Source of the DNA: Macrostomum lignano
Lineage: Eukaryota
NCBI GenBank assembly: GCA_002269645.1
Contig: NIVC01001128.1
Coordinates: 186,001 to 250,000 of the forward strand
Direction: 5' to 3'
DNA: 64,000 bases
Made by a program: the position numbers and the translations under genes. This document shows, piece by piece, positions 12,852 to 34,166 of the stretch. The notes under the pieces were generated by a model that made no database searches, was not told the origin of the DNA, and saw only the letters and a list, made by a program, of their open reading frames with translations. The stretch's first letter is position 1. Each line of letters starts with the position of its first letter.

Positions 12852-13740
12852 AATGTCGCTACTCTGGTTTGGAATTATTTTTTTCGGAAGCGTCAGGCTG
12901 GCTATCTGAAATAGTTCTGCGGAGTGTTTTTATTTTGTCAGCAGGCTTAGCTCTGGGTCCTGGTTTGTTGATGAGAATTTTTTGTTGAAATAAAACTTGG
13001 CGCTCTTAAGTGGCTCGGAAGAAAAACACTTAGATTCGATGCGAGAGTGGGCGCTTTCTCACTTACTTGTGCAGTCTTCTTTCTTGATTATCTTTGGTTA
13101 GCTCAGATTTAGCATTGGTAGCTTTTTTCCACTGTATTTGATATGAAACTTTGACCTAAAAACGCATTTTCTCTCAGGGCTCAGTGCAGCTCGTTCGTTT
13201 AATTATATCTTATGCTGTAATCGCTTAATTGCGCTGGGTAATTCTGCTTTTGCATCGTCTTTTGACAGAGTTTTCTTGTACGGTACTACCTAGAGATAGA
13301 TAGTTTATTAATTAAAATAAATTTATCTAATGTTATATGAAACTTGTAAATAATAAACTACTGCGTTTATAAGTGTTTTGTTCATCGCTTTTACGGTTGT
13401 CTTAAAACCGAAAAGACACCTTTTTCTACATACCATATCTTACTGTAGTGACTGTAAGATACTACAGTCACACTGTAGGTCACAGTATTGCAGTACTAGA
13501 GAATACAAACATACCAACTACGACAGTAGTACCACAGTACATATATTATAGTTTTAATGCATGATTTTGTCATCTTAAGTTAAGTTGCTTAAGGTGTTTA
13601 AGTTGAATATTGGCCGTGAAACGAGCGTGTCATTGTAGATTATATCATTCATCGCCACATGCGGCCGCAAAGCCTCTCTATTCGGCCCTCGGGTCCTTTG
13701 AAACTTCACAATAACAATCTTCCCTGCTCAAGGCTTGTGT

Positions 13741-13900
13741 CTCTTCTCAGCTCTCCACTCTCACTTCTTCCTTCTCTTCTCTCTCCTCTTCCTCCTCTCT
13801 CTTCTCTTCTCTTTCTCTCCTCTCTTCTCTTCTCTTCTCTGCTCTCCTCTCTTCTCTGCTCTCCTCTCCTCTCTCTTTTCTCTATTTATTTCGTCTTCTC
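13741..13900. repeat. CT-rich low-complexity tract
   Basis: Polypyrimidine ctct/cttct run. Confidence 0.9.
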
Positions 13901-14247
13901 TCTAATGCCAACTAGCAAGCATCTTTAACATGATAAAAAAGGTTATATTACGAGTAGTTGTGAGCTCGAGCAGAGACACTTTTTGATAACTTTTCGTTCA
14001 AATTTAAGGTTAAAATATATATTGTATATCAATCCTCTGTATATTTTTGGCAGCAAGCCATAAATATTCGTACATTATAAATGTTTAATTATAACAACTT
14101 GAGACCTTTCTCAATGGATTAAATGAAAAGTATGTCGCCCAAGCACCTAAAGGAATGAAAAAGGAGTTTATTGTGTCTGCATCTTAATAAAATATTCAAC
14201 CGTTAATTGTTTAAGCCAGTTTTCCTGGCCTGTACTGAAGTACTGAT

Positions 14248-22786
<8,539 letters not shown>

Positions 22787-23446
22787 CCTTGCGAGCTAGT
22801 TCACTCACAACACTGTTTTTTACTTTCTTCCGATCTTTATATCGTTGCAGCTGTAGCTAAAAACAAAATGCCCCTATTTAGCCGTCCCTGCCTTCTCCTC
22901 TCCTCTAAACTGCAGAGAGAAGAAATAGCAAAGCAAAGCAAACGAAGATATATTCTCTTTGCGTATGTGCGTGTATTGTCTTCTTTTATTGAAGCAGATA
23001 AGCTCTGAGACTTGGAGATGAAAAATTGCTGGCCCAATGCCTCGGAGACAAACTGAACAGTTTGCCAAAGGCATGGAGCATTGCAGTCTAAGTCATGCTT
23101 GGGACTGGCCCCGTTTTTCTGCGTACATTGCCTAGCCAAGCTGAGCTGCCTTAGCTAGTTGTGTAGTGTTAGTAAAATGCCTGAGAGACAGATTGAGTCA
23201 GTCAAGCAGAGGTTTACACAACTGTCGAGGCTTGAACAATGACATTAGGGAAATCCGCAAAAGGGTGGATCCATGGTCACCTGTTGAAGATTCAGTAGCT
23301 CCGTCTAGGTGAAGACCAATTGCCTGTGCTGATGAAGTTTAGAGGCTTGACAAGGCTGCACTAAGGCACGCAGTGCTGGGGATTGGCGCGCACAGGCGCT
23401 TGTTGCAAAATAGGATTTTCTGGCCGGAATCGCTGAATACCTCATC

Positions 23447-23780
23447 GGGCCTGGACGGATGGCGACTTGAATCTTAGTTGAAAAGGTGCGCAACAAGTTA
23501 CTATTGCGACTCACGACTTGAACGTCGGGGTTCGATTCCCGATCCCACTGGAACAATTTGTGTCCTTGAGCAAGACACTTAACTCTGCATTGCTTCAGTT
23601 CACCCAGCTGTAAAATGGTTGCCAACATTGGCTGGGGTAATTGAGGCTGTGTGTGGCGACTCCCCAGTCCTTGGACTCAACAGCCGTACGCAGCTTTCAG
23701 ATGCGCCGCGCAATAGCTGCGGCTAAGCTGTCGGTTGCACATCTGTCCATTAGGGCAGGTGAAATCAATTATTATTATTA
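23447..23780 (+). mobile_element. tRNA-derived SINE with a CORE-like central domain
   Basis: Pol III B-box GGTTCGATTCC at 23529-23539. Central TGTGTCCTTGAGCAAGACACTTAACTCTGCATTGCTTCAGTTCACCCAGCTGTAAAATGG (about 23559-23618) resembles the conserved metazoan SINE core. 3' (ATT)n tail at about 23768-23780. The 5' boundary is approximate and no TSD was found. Confidence 0.65.
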
Positions 23781-25196
23781 GGTACAGAAAACGGAAGCAG
23801 AAAGCATAGGGCTCAGAGTTACAGAAATTGTTGATGCTCAAGCATCGAGATGACTTGAGATGATATGAACACAATGAAGCGACCTATACACGAAGAACTG
23901 AAGTACCAGAGGAAGTACCAGCTGAGCTATCAATCTTATCTTGTCATCATCTACAACGTCGCTACAAGTCTCATTTCCCGTTCCATGCTTTGAAGCTGCC
24001 TTCGCAACTGGTGCAACACCTGCCTGACAGCAAACAGAGCCTGCAGGTTGGATAGCAGCAGGCTTAACTCGACCAGCTGCAGAGATCCGATGCTTGAGCA
24101 CTCACTGGCTGTTGGCCTGTCAATCGCATTGATGACAGCATAGTTGGTCAGCCTTCGATCGGAACTGCTGGAATCCTGACACTCCGCGCTCAGCTGACTG
24201 TAGAAGGCGAGCAACTGGTGGGTGCTCAGCTCCAGTTGGAGTATCGTCAGCTTCAACTGGTGTTCGCGGATGATTGTTCATGCGTTGTACGTTTTGTGGC
24301 CTACTGCCAATGCAAGCAAGTCGATGAAGAATGGCTGAATTGGGTGGGTCTGCCTAAGCATGCAATAAATATACTTCGTATAAATATAATCTCCAAGCAG
24401 AAGGAAACTGTGCATAAACATACGTTATTGTAAGCTAATGCGCTTTTCTACAACTTACAGACACTACCGTTTATTTAAGCAGTCAAAACAGTGCCTTAAT
24501 TAAATAGCCTAAAAATAGCGCTATCTTATGAGATCACAGCTCAAGCTAGCAACCTTAAAACATTTCCTAGAGGCCATCGCAAACATTTTAGTGTACCTTC
24601 CCCGACGCATCCAAAGGCATCGACGCAATTCTTAAGCCATCATACTGACTCAACTGTAACTTTATGTAACATATCACCCTACAGCTATTTTAGAAGTAAT
24701 TTAGATATATTAGAATTTTTTGCATTCATGTCTCCCCGAAACTTTGAAAAATTTAGAATCTAGAAAAGTTCAAGCTAATAGTATGAAACCACCTGAAGAA
24801 TTTCCTCTGGAATGTATCCGTCATGGGTTGAAATTTATACATGATCCTACATACCTAACCTAGATTTTTATGGCCGACCTGCCTACCTATACAAAAAGTA
24901 CAGGTAGAAAAAAGACAGGAAAACTGTACACCCAGCAAAATAAGTACGTCAGAAAAGTTCAAGTAAAGTCGCGAGGGTGAAGTTGTTGTTGGCTGTTTCG
25001 CATTGACCCTAAGCAACCCCTTTTTCTCTCTTACCTCTTGCAATGGGCGCGCAAGGAAAGCTCTCGATCCAGTTCGTATCTATAATACTAAAACGAATGG
25101 CTCCAGTGCTTTGACCCTGTTGATGACTAGAAGCTACAAGCGTGCTAAATTAAATAGCTTATAAGTTTGTCAGGCAGCATGTCCAAGTAGGATAAA

Positions 25197-27525
25197 ATGG
25201 AAACCTTTGTCGCACAGTTAAAAGCAACGCAGCTGGTGCGTTGGGTGTTCTGCGACATAAACGGCAACGCTCGATCCAAGCTGATCCCTGGTGGCATGAG
25301 CGCCCACTTTGTTACCAGGCAGCCGAGGCGATTCTGCACTGCCGTCATTCCAATGACTTGCAACAGCGAACTGCCCGATCTGGCCTGGGTGGTGGACAAC
25401 GGCTATCCGGACTGCGAGATGGTCCCGGATCCGGACTCCTTCCACCTGGTCAGCTGGTCCAAGTGCCAACAGCCCGGGAGCATCGGTCAGGTGAGTCTCA
25501 GTCCTAAATGCCTGACGATCCGCTCAGGAGGCAGTGGAAAGCGCAGGACTGCTTTCCTGCTCTTTGGCACCGCGCGTCGTTGAAGAGCTCAACTTTGACC
25601 TCCCGTCGATTGGAGTCACAAATATACCTGCATGTACATGAAATAGTGCGGTAGTTCAAGTGTAATAACAGTAACAATATTCGAAAGATGGCTCTGGGCA
25701 CCCTTTCGTTGCTGGCGCTCTTTTGTGCTGTCAGCCCTACAATGAAGCCCTCAAGATGGTGCTTTGTGGTGCTGGCACTGTGGTAACTCTTAAATGCTTA
25801 GGAAATGCTAACGGATAGACAGATTTACTGAGACTGCACAACCTGCTGTTTTAGGTCCTGTGCTCCACAAACTGGCCAGACGGTGGCGGACCAGTGGAAT
25901 TCGATCCGAGAAACGTTGTCAGGCGTTAGATTGACCGATTGGATCGCGAGCTGGGCCTCAAACTGGCCAGCTGGACAGAGATGCAGTGGCACCTGTGCAA
26001 GCGGGGAGAGACAGGTTGGACTTCAACTGAACCCGCTGGTCACCTGGACGGCAGTCAGCTGATGCAGAAGTACGAAGTTTTAGTCAGCGAATTGTGCAGC
26101 TCGCTGATGGACGCCGGAATCGCTGTTGAGTCAGTCAGTCCGAGATCTGGAGCTGGTCAGTTCTGCGTCTCGCTTGGGTCCAGAGACGGCGCTGCGGCTG
26201 CTGACGATGCGTTTATGGGCCGTGAGATTGTCAAGCAGGTAAGCTGATGCAGATTGGGAAAATTCCACAATATAATCACTATACCCGAACGTCCTGAATT
26301 ATGAATTCCATTTTGTTTGAGGTTGGTTTACCTGTCATGCTAACTTTAGAAATACTATACTGGATACCGGAAAAAAAGCAATTGAATTTTTGAATTGTTT
26401 CTGAACAATGTACGCTCGTATTTATGAGTATACGTACAGCTTACATAACCATAGACAACCTAAAAAATTGCAAAACTTTATTACGAGCTAGAAGGCATTT
26501 TTAAAGACAACACACATTTAGAGAAATCATTTTTAATATAGACAGTAACACTTCCTGTCTTCCTGTCTTCCTGACTTCCTGACAGTAAGCCGTCCAGTAA
26601 GCTTCCTAAACTTTAAAGTGCCACAGCTATGTCAGTCATTATCAGTTTGACGAAAAAACTAAATAATGCTTTTATTAGGGCCCTCACTGAATTTATAGAT
26701 ATTATTTTTAATACTGCTTTTTATATTTATTGAAAAGATTCATTCAATACGACGTATTCCGTTGGTGCTAATGGCTGAGCATTTAAAATTGATGGCCATG
26801 CACTATTGCAATTTCAGGTCGCTGCAAACCATAACCTGACGGCTACCTTCATGCCGATTCCGCATCTGCTGGCAAGCGCCAGCCGATTGCGCATCAGTCA
26901 TCAGCTTGTTGAGGCGCCAGACAGCAGAGGCGACTTCAAACAACCGTTGAAGAATCTAGCGCCGCCTCAGGTGCTACGGCACTGGTTAGCAGGGCTGGTC
27001 CATCACGCTCCGGGCATAGCGGCGCTCACCTGGCCAACCCTGAACTGCTATCGAAGCGACAAGCCAGGCCGCCGAGTTACCTGGAGCTGTTCCGACTTGT
27101 CGACGCTGGCATCTCCCACACAGGCGTTGCCGGTTGTCGATCTGCGGATTGCACCAATGCGATCGGCTGAGGATGGAGGAGATGTTGTCTGGCGGTTGGA
27201 GAACAATCTGCCCAGTTCAGCTGCTAGCGCACATATCGCTGTCGCGGCAACCGTGGCAGCTGGAATTGACGGCATCTTGAGACGTCTGGAGTTGCCGACG
27301 AGACCCGAGGAAGCGCCGATGCTACCGGCTGATATGGCGAGCGGCTTAGCCGTCCTAGAGGCTGATGCTGTGATGGCAGACGCTCTGGGAGCTCAGTTGT
27401 TCGATTTCTACCGTGAGGCTAGACTGCAGTTTGATCTAGCGATGGTGGCGGCCAAAGCTCACGCCAACGAAAGCGATTCTGAGGCGCTGAAAAGAGAAGC
27501 AAAGTTTTATCTGGAGTTTCACTGA
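25197..27525 (+). CDS. Glutamine synthetase (GSI)/lengsin-like protein; degenerate active site and in-frame TAG at 25927-25929 (possible pseudogene or null allele)
   Basis: Exons 25197-25490, 25855-26238, 26818-27525, all phase 0. GS motifs: VRWVFCDINGNARSKLIP, MVPDPDSF, DPRNVV, GAGQF, AADDAFMGREIVKQVA, TATFMP, LAGLVHHAPGIAALTWPTLNCY, RLENNLP, AHIAVAATVAAGIDGI, VLEADAVMADALG. Confidence 0.85.
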
Positions 27526-28379
27526 TTGCAAATGACTATAGTCGCATGTTTTGGCTGCTGGTTATGTATAATTAAAACAACAGAAATAAAAAACAGAAAT
27601 TGTTTAGTTGTTATAGCTCGTACTGTACCTCAGCCGTGTAGTGTACTTTATCGATCGGTTTATTACGATAAATAACCAGGAATCGACCAATTCAATAGTC
27701 GAATAACTATAAAGCATTAAAATAAATAGAAATAAATTTTTACTTGGAAAGTTGACTTGAACTTGTCGATGCTTTTATCTCACAATACTCAATAGTCAAA
27801 TTGTATAGTCAATGTTACGTAAGTCTTAATGGTCTTAAGTGAGCTTTTGAGACATTCCCCCAATTGCCAGCTCCAACGCCCTCCTCATCCTGCGTCGCGG
27901 GCGACTTCAACTGGCGGGCTACTATGCATGATCTGGACCGAGAGCTGCTGCCCCCAGTCTCTACAGGACGTCCCTAGTTGGCTCTTTATTGCATGAGCCC
28001 ATTAATTTGTATATGTAGGCGGAACAAGCGAACTCGTCGATAGTCGTGCGAAGAAGGACCACTAGGAGCACTTCGGTATAGTCTAGTCTCTATAGTAGTC
28101 CTTGTACGCGAACTGCCTGCTGTGCGACGCAGGGATGCCCTACACCGTTGGTGGGGGTGTCGTTTGACGCACCTTTGTTTTTAACATTTTTACACTTATA
28201 GACTTATTTTCCTGGGCTTCTTTTCTTTCATTTGCTGTGCATATTCTAACCTTGCTTTACATTTTAGATCATTTAATTAGAACAACAATTGTTGTGTATA
28301 TTCTATTAACCTTGCTTTACATGTTAGACAATTTAGAACAACCAACAAAATACGCGACCCCGCATGCAAAGTCACAGTT

Positions 28380-29757
28380 AGAGTAAGGGCGCGTCCGATG
28401 GTGCGTCGCAGAGCCTGGGAGCGAACGAATTCGGCCGCTCCCTTGGCAGTGCCGGGCGCCCAACGTCGCACAGCAGGCATCCACGTATCGACGGGTTCGG
28501 GCCTGATCCCGACTGAACGGGCCCTGCAAGGTGAGGAGCAGGACGTCCTGAACAGGTTGGGGGCAGTAACTCTCGGCCCGGATCACGTGACCCGCCAGTG
28601 AAGTCGCCGCCGACACAGGATGGTGAACGGGCGCTGCAGCTTGGCTCGATTGTACAGGGCATCGGTCCCGACGCTCTCGTCAGCTCGAGCAGGCCTGAGT
28701 GCGCCGAGTCCAGCTGCCGCTCTAGAGTAGCCGTCAGCGTCCACGTCTCTGCGTTGTATGCAGGACGGTTTCGACCACCGCCTGCCACAGCCGAGCCCTC
28801 TGGCGGTCAGGCAGCGCTTCGGACTAGAGGACGGCTCGGATTGAATGGAAGGCCACCCAGGCAAGTCCTCTGCGCCGCCTGTGGCGGCGACCGATGCGTC
28901 TGCGCAGCGGGAAGCCGTCGTCAACCGAGGGGTGTGCGGTTCGAAGCACCCAGTTCAGCAGCAGCACGAAGAGGAAGGGCGCCAGCGTGTCGCCCCAGAA
29001 CTCCTGATGAAATATTGTCGAACAGGTCAGACAGACCGTCAGCCGACACCACAGCAGTTCGAGTGTCGCAATACAGCGCCATGACAGCGTCGACTAGCTG
29101 CAGGAGTACCAGCAGGTAGGCTCGTAGGACAAAGAGAAGCGCGGCTCTCAACTCCGAGTCAAACGCCTTTCAAAAGTCAACAAAGACAATGATCAGCGTA
29201 GACTGGAGAATGCGCGCCTCCTCGATGACACGGCGGAGTGCGAGGATCTGTGTCACTGTACGGCGTTGCGGCCGGAATGCGTTCTGCTCGTACCGCAGGT
29301 ACGGGGTCCAGCACCGACTGCAGACGATCGAGCAGCAGCCGAGCCGGTTGAAGAGCTTCTTCGCGGTGCAGGACATCAGCGAGATCCCGCGGTGGTCTTC
29401 TTTCCGCGTTGTCCCTGCCTTCTTCGGGATCGGCACAATGTGCACGACAGCTAGTCCACTCGGTTGGCGCGGGGGGCGCCGGCGAGCACGTGGTTCATGA
29501 CGCCTGTGACCTGGGAGGCCACATAGCGGAGCCGCAGCGCCTCGACCAGGACTCGCCTCGCCTCGACCTCGACCGAGCGCCTTGCCGCCTGATGTTTTCC
29601 GAGCGAACCGTCCTCCGTGGTACTGACTGGTCTGGTGCAGAAGTCCTCCTCAGCTGGGAGCGGCGTGTCCAGTGCAGTGGGAGATCGAGCAAAGCTGGCG
29701 CGGGCAGCGGCGACGCGGGCGCATTCACGATGCGCCGGCGCCGAAGAAGTCGCGCAA
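28380..29757 (-). mobile_element. Decayed, 5'-truncated RTE-clade LINE (reverse transcriptase fragments)
   Basis: IVPIPKK...DHRGISLMSCTAKKLFNRL...EQNAFRPQRRTVTQILALRRVIEE...IVFVDF(KAFDS) at 29170-29445 and C-terminal AETWTLTATLERQLDSAH near 28740. Multiple frameshifts. Confidence 0.85.
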
Positions 29758-30899
29758 TTCTAATAGCAATTCTGCATTATAATTCTAATTCTAATAGTCA
29801 GCAAATCAACATTCGTCATTTGTATGGAATAATAATTAATAATTGTACTATTTTCTATTTTTTTTCTTATCAACTTATATTTTTATTACAAATCTTATAT
29901 ATACACAGTACTTTAACTCATTGTCCCCTTTTTCCTCCTCTTCTTCTACTCTCTGTTCTTTCACCCTTGCCTCTGGCGCTTTCACCCTTCCCTTGCGCAC
30001 CCAATTTTCTCGTTCATTACACTAAATATTGTACAAATAGCACCAAAAATACTCGCCTCAAGCCCCAATAATTGTGAACTTAGCTGACAGTTGTCATAAC
30101 TCGTAACTGGATATACCGTAATTATTGTTTCAATCGCAAGCAAATGATTACCCGAAATTCTGTTTTAATTACGCTACTACGGATGCACGCAAATTCGACG
30201 ACAAACAAATTCGGCGACAGAAATTTAACACGGACAAATTCGGCGAAAGAAAATTAGGCGACAATCTAGGCCAATTGGGCGACGCAACACGTCTTTTTAT
30301 AGCTAAGGACAAGTTAGAGCAAATAACATGTAATAAAGGCTTTCTTAAAATGCTCGTGAAAATTTTTAAATGTAAAATAATGGCCGCATAAGCTCGTGTT
30401 AAAATAACCGAAAAACTTTGTCGTTTATATAAAATTGGACATCCCGCGGTCCCTAGTTGAGAATGAACCGAGTGGTCTGCCTGCAGACGAATAGCCGGCA
30501 GACGAATAGTCCTGTACCCATAATCACTAACCCCCCTATTAGAATTTCATTTTTTGTTTACAGAGACTTATAGTTTTAATAAACATTATAATTATAAATT
30601 GCAATAGGCTATCAAAGTTCAATGCAATTGCGATATTGCAATAGGCCTATTTTTTAGCTACAGTGAGTTTTTAGAAATACCATAAATGCTAGTTTATATA
30701 ATATATAGTTTTTTTATAGAAGGTTTTTCTCCTAATATGTATCTTTTATTAGGGCCTATCATAAACTTCTTAATGGTAAATATTAATAAAGCTCAATGGC
30801 ATAACTATGGTTTCGTTCGTTATATTATTTTATTTAAAAAAGCAACAAGTTATTAGAGATTATAGCAAACCGTATATGTTGTTGTAATCTTTAGGCCAA

Positions 30900-32900
30900 G
30901 TTATCAATAAACTGGGCACCTTCTTAGCATTGCAGACACATTTGAGCACCCGGCTGGCATCCACACTGGCCGTTCATTGGCAAGCAGCCTATAGGTGGCC
31001 AACCAACGAATAGTAGCTAGCATATCCGTTGTCATGGCTGCCAGGTCCCTCATCATGAGGTCCAGTTGGCATAGCTCTGCAGGTGGGTGAACGCAAATTG
31101 CCTATTGCCGTATTGGAATGATTGTCGTAGGAGCTGGTGGTCATCCAACCATTTCTTCATGCGCTGAAACAAATTTGAAACAAGAAATAATATAACAAAC
31201 AAAACCATAGTTATGGCAGCTAAATGACAATTAGTCTATTAATATATTTTAAACACTGAAGTGGAAAAGTATAATATATAAATTACCCATTATTATTAAA
31301 AAATAGCTACCTATAAGCAGAAAGAAGTTAGATAGAGTTATTACAAGTTGGATCAAATTTTGGATAGAAAAATTATAAGCTAGATTAAAGTCGGATCAAA
31401 GTTGTGTTTACATTAGATTGAGTTATTAAAAGCATCATAGGCTTAGTATAAAGAGAGTGAAATAAAGTACTAGGGCCTTCTGGTAAGACTAAGTACCGCT
31501 GCTAGTAGCAATAGCAATTGGTAGTGGCTAGTAGGGCTTTCTGGCAAGACAGAGTATATGCAACAACAGCAATTGGTTCCAAAGCTTTTTAGTAAGATGC
31601 AGTGCTGTTGCCACTAAGTGGTATGAACCTCAAAGGCTGCAATGGCTTGACTTTTGCCCAAATATTTTTTGCAGATGGTAGTGACTCTATGCTCATATTA
31701 TTATGCAAGGTGCTTATAAGCAACTTTGACTTCTTGGGAGCCTTATTGTTAATAAAAATATGTGATAGTCATTTGGCTACCATTACCTTGCAATGGCCAT
31801 ATGATAGCTAGTCATTGGAGGTCATATAGAGCTGCAAGATATATCAATAAACAAACTATTATGTACTAACTTAATACTTTTATCTTCTTTGAATTAGACA
31901 AAGAAATATGTTTTGGAAATGCACATTTTCTAACATTTTTTGAAAAAATAGACAATGCAGAAAAGATTATGTAAATTTGAAAAAAATGTAAGAAATAGGC
32001 CTATTAAAACTAGAAATAACTACTAATAGATAATATAAACTTCTTATGATAGGCCTACTAGATAGGCCTAGCAAAAATGTGATGACATTAAAACATCTAA
32101 TATAATATTGACTATCTACCACTATAATTTAACTAAATATAGCTTATACCTTTTAGTTTTAGTATTGGTTGAATACATGCATCATAGAAAATGCATATTA
32201 TTTCCTATTCAAGCATAGAAAAATTGCCTTGCAATGTATGCTGCAAAGAAAGATTGCCCCATCTTCTTTGAAATGGCCCTAACTCTCAATGTTGAAAGTT
32301 GCCAAGTCAATTGTTGCATCATAGAGAGATTCAGTTTTATGTAATGTAAGGCACATATAAACTGGTAGCAAGTTGGTTGACTGCAATGTAATTTATAACC
32401 TTTGCAAGTGTACCATTTTGTAGGAAAATGTTAGAAAAGGCTTATGAACTATGATTACAGTGTGTTTAGTCTTTATAGTCACACTTGTTTATTACACTTG
32501 TAAACTAGGAATTTCATTGCATAGTATAGGATGATTACCATGAAATATAACCAAAGCAGCTTTTTTTGCAATGGAAGCAATATACAAGTAACATCTTATT
32601 CTTCTACTCTCTTGAAAACTTATTCCAAGTAGAATAGAATTTTGGCAACATTTTTCAATGAAGTGAAAGAAGTTCTTATCCCAGAAGCAACTGAATTTCC
32701 AAATCTGCTTACTTTGTCAGGTAAGAGCATGTATGGTATATAGAATGAACTTATCATCCCAGGCTTTTTTTGCTAACGGCCCATTCCAAATAAGATGGAC
32801 ATATTTGGAAAATAGAAAAAAGTCAATCTTTTTGCTTCTCATTGCCTTATCAGCCAATTTTTTTTACCAAATCTTTTTTGTATGTAATGTATGCAATCTA
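30900..32900 (-). pseudogene. Decayed coding remnant of unknown identity (probably an old transposon gene) inside a CpG-depleted island
   Basis: Long minus-strand frames broken by only scattered stops at about 31460-31830 and 32200-32560, with acceptor-like sites near 31170 and 31832. No family could be assigned with confidence. Confidence 0.3.
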
Positions 32901-34166
32901 AGAAAAAATAAATGATAAAATGTTGGATTAGTATGTTATCAATTGGCAAAAAGTTATTTTTGTAAAAAATTGGACATTTTCTAAGCAAAAGACATCATTA
33001 AGTTTATGTACCTTTTAAAAACAAATAGAAGGCTTTAGAAGGTTAAAACAAACTATTTATAAAATTATAGTACTTGCATCATCAGATAAAAACATTAGCA
33101 ACCATATAATCTATTATATTTTTAATACATTAATACTTCAAAGTTACTGAATTGACAGAAAAAAATATGTTACGACCATAATGTTACGACCATAAGGCTG
33201 CCTTTTCTTTTGTATCTTTTTTGCCTTTTTGAGTTTATATTTTCTAATAAAAGAGTACCAAGCCTCTAGCATAATCAGAGTAGTTTTAGCTATTTAATTG
33301 GCACAACCGATTGAATGCAAGTGTATGCAAGCCAATGAAAAGGTTTTACATGGCTTTATGAATGTGATCTTTCAAAACCACTGGATTGAGATATAAGTCA
33401 AGTAGGCAAATCTCTATTGCTTTCTAGTTACCAAGTCTTTGCAGCTTTCAAGAAAAACTTTGATGCTGATGGCAAATGCTGCTTTGGGTACAATGCACTT
33501 GTAAAACAAATGATATTGTGTATACTTTGAATAGTTGGTAAAAATTGTTTTCAAAATGCAAAGAGATACAAGCTTATATATAAAAAGGATGCATAATATA
33601 GTATAGTTTAGTACCAAGATGCACTTTTGAAATTATATAATCTTTTTTAATAGCCTTTTGGTTATAGAATGCTTTAAATTGATTTATTAAACTAGTAATT
33701 GACTTGCTAGAAAGCATATATAAAGGGCATTGCATAAAATATTTTGCTAAATAGAAGAAATATTATTTGTCAAATTTAATGGAATCCAATTTCTGCTTGT
33801 GTCACTAATTATTACAGTATAGCTTGCAAACAGTTTTTTGTGTATTTTTTTAGTATATAGATATATGTATCCAAAATTACAACTTAGGTTTTTCAACTTA
33901 CCCAAAAATACAAAAACAGACATTTCTCAATTTTTGTCAAAAAAGCTTTTATAAATCATTAAAAGAACATCAATTTTGTGATTTAACCTTGGTCTGCCAC
34001 CTGAATTTAGTTGTTGTTTTTTTATAATTATACAACTCCTTTGTATAATGACTGTTAGCTATTAAACAACAATTTAATTCCACCTTCTTGCAGCCTTATT
34101 AAATTTGTTAATAACAGAGATAGTATTATTTAATAAAAAGTGTGAACTCTTGAATCATTGTTAATC

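Noticed and set aside
25927-25929. Programmed readthrough or recoding of the GS-like internal stop
   Set aside because: The codon is TAG rather than TGA, so it is not selenocysteine. The TAG-ATT context is not a known leaky context and no SECIS-like hairpin was recognised.
27860-27960. CVAGDFNW peptide resembling the LINE APE endonuclease GDFN motif
   Set aside because: Single short motif with no other endonuclease motifs in frame; too weak to call.
30465-30520. GCAGACGAATAG direct repeats ending GTCCTGTACCC, a possible DNA transposon terminus
   Set aside because: No matching inverted copy was found in the window.
32200-32560. Assignment of the CpG-desert remnant to MULE (PVYMCLTLHKTESLY...CSIH) or hAT (ALTL...ERFSFM)
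   Set aside because: The two weak resemblances are on opposite strands with wrong motif spacing, so no family call is supportable by eye.
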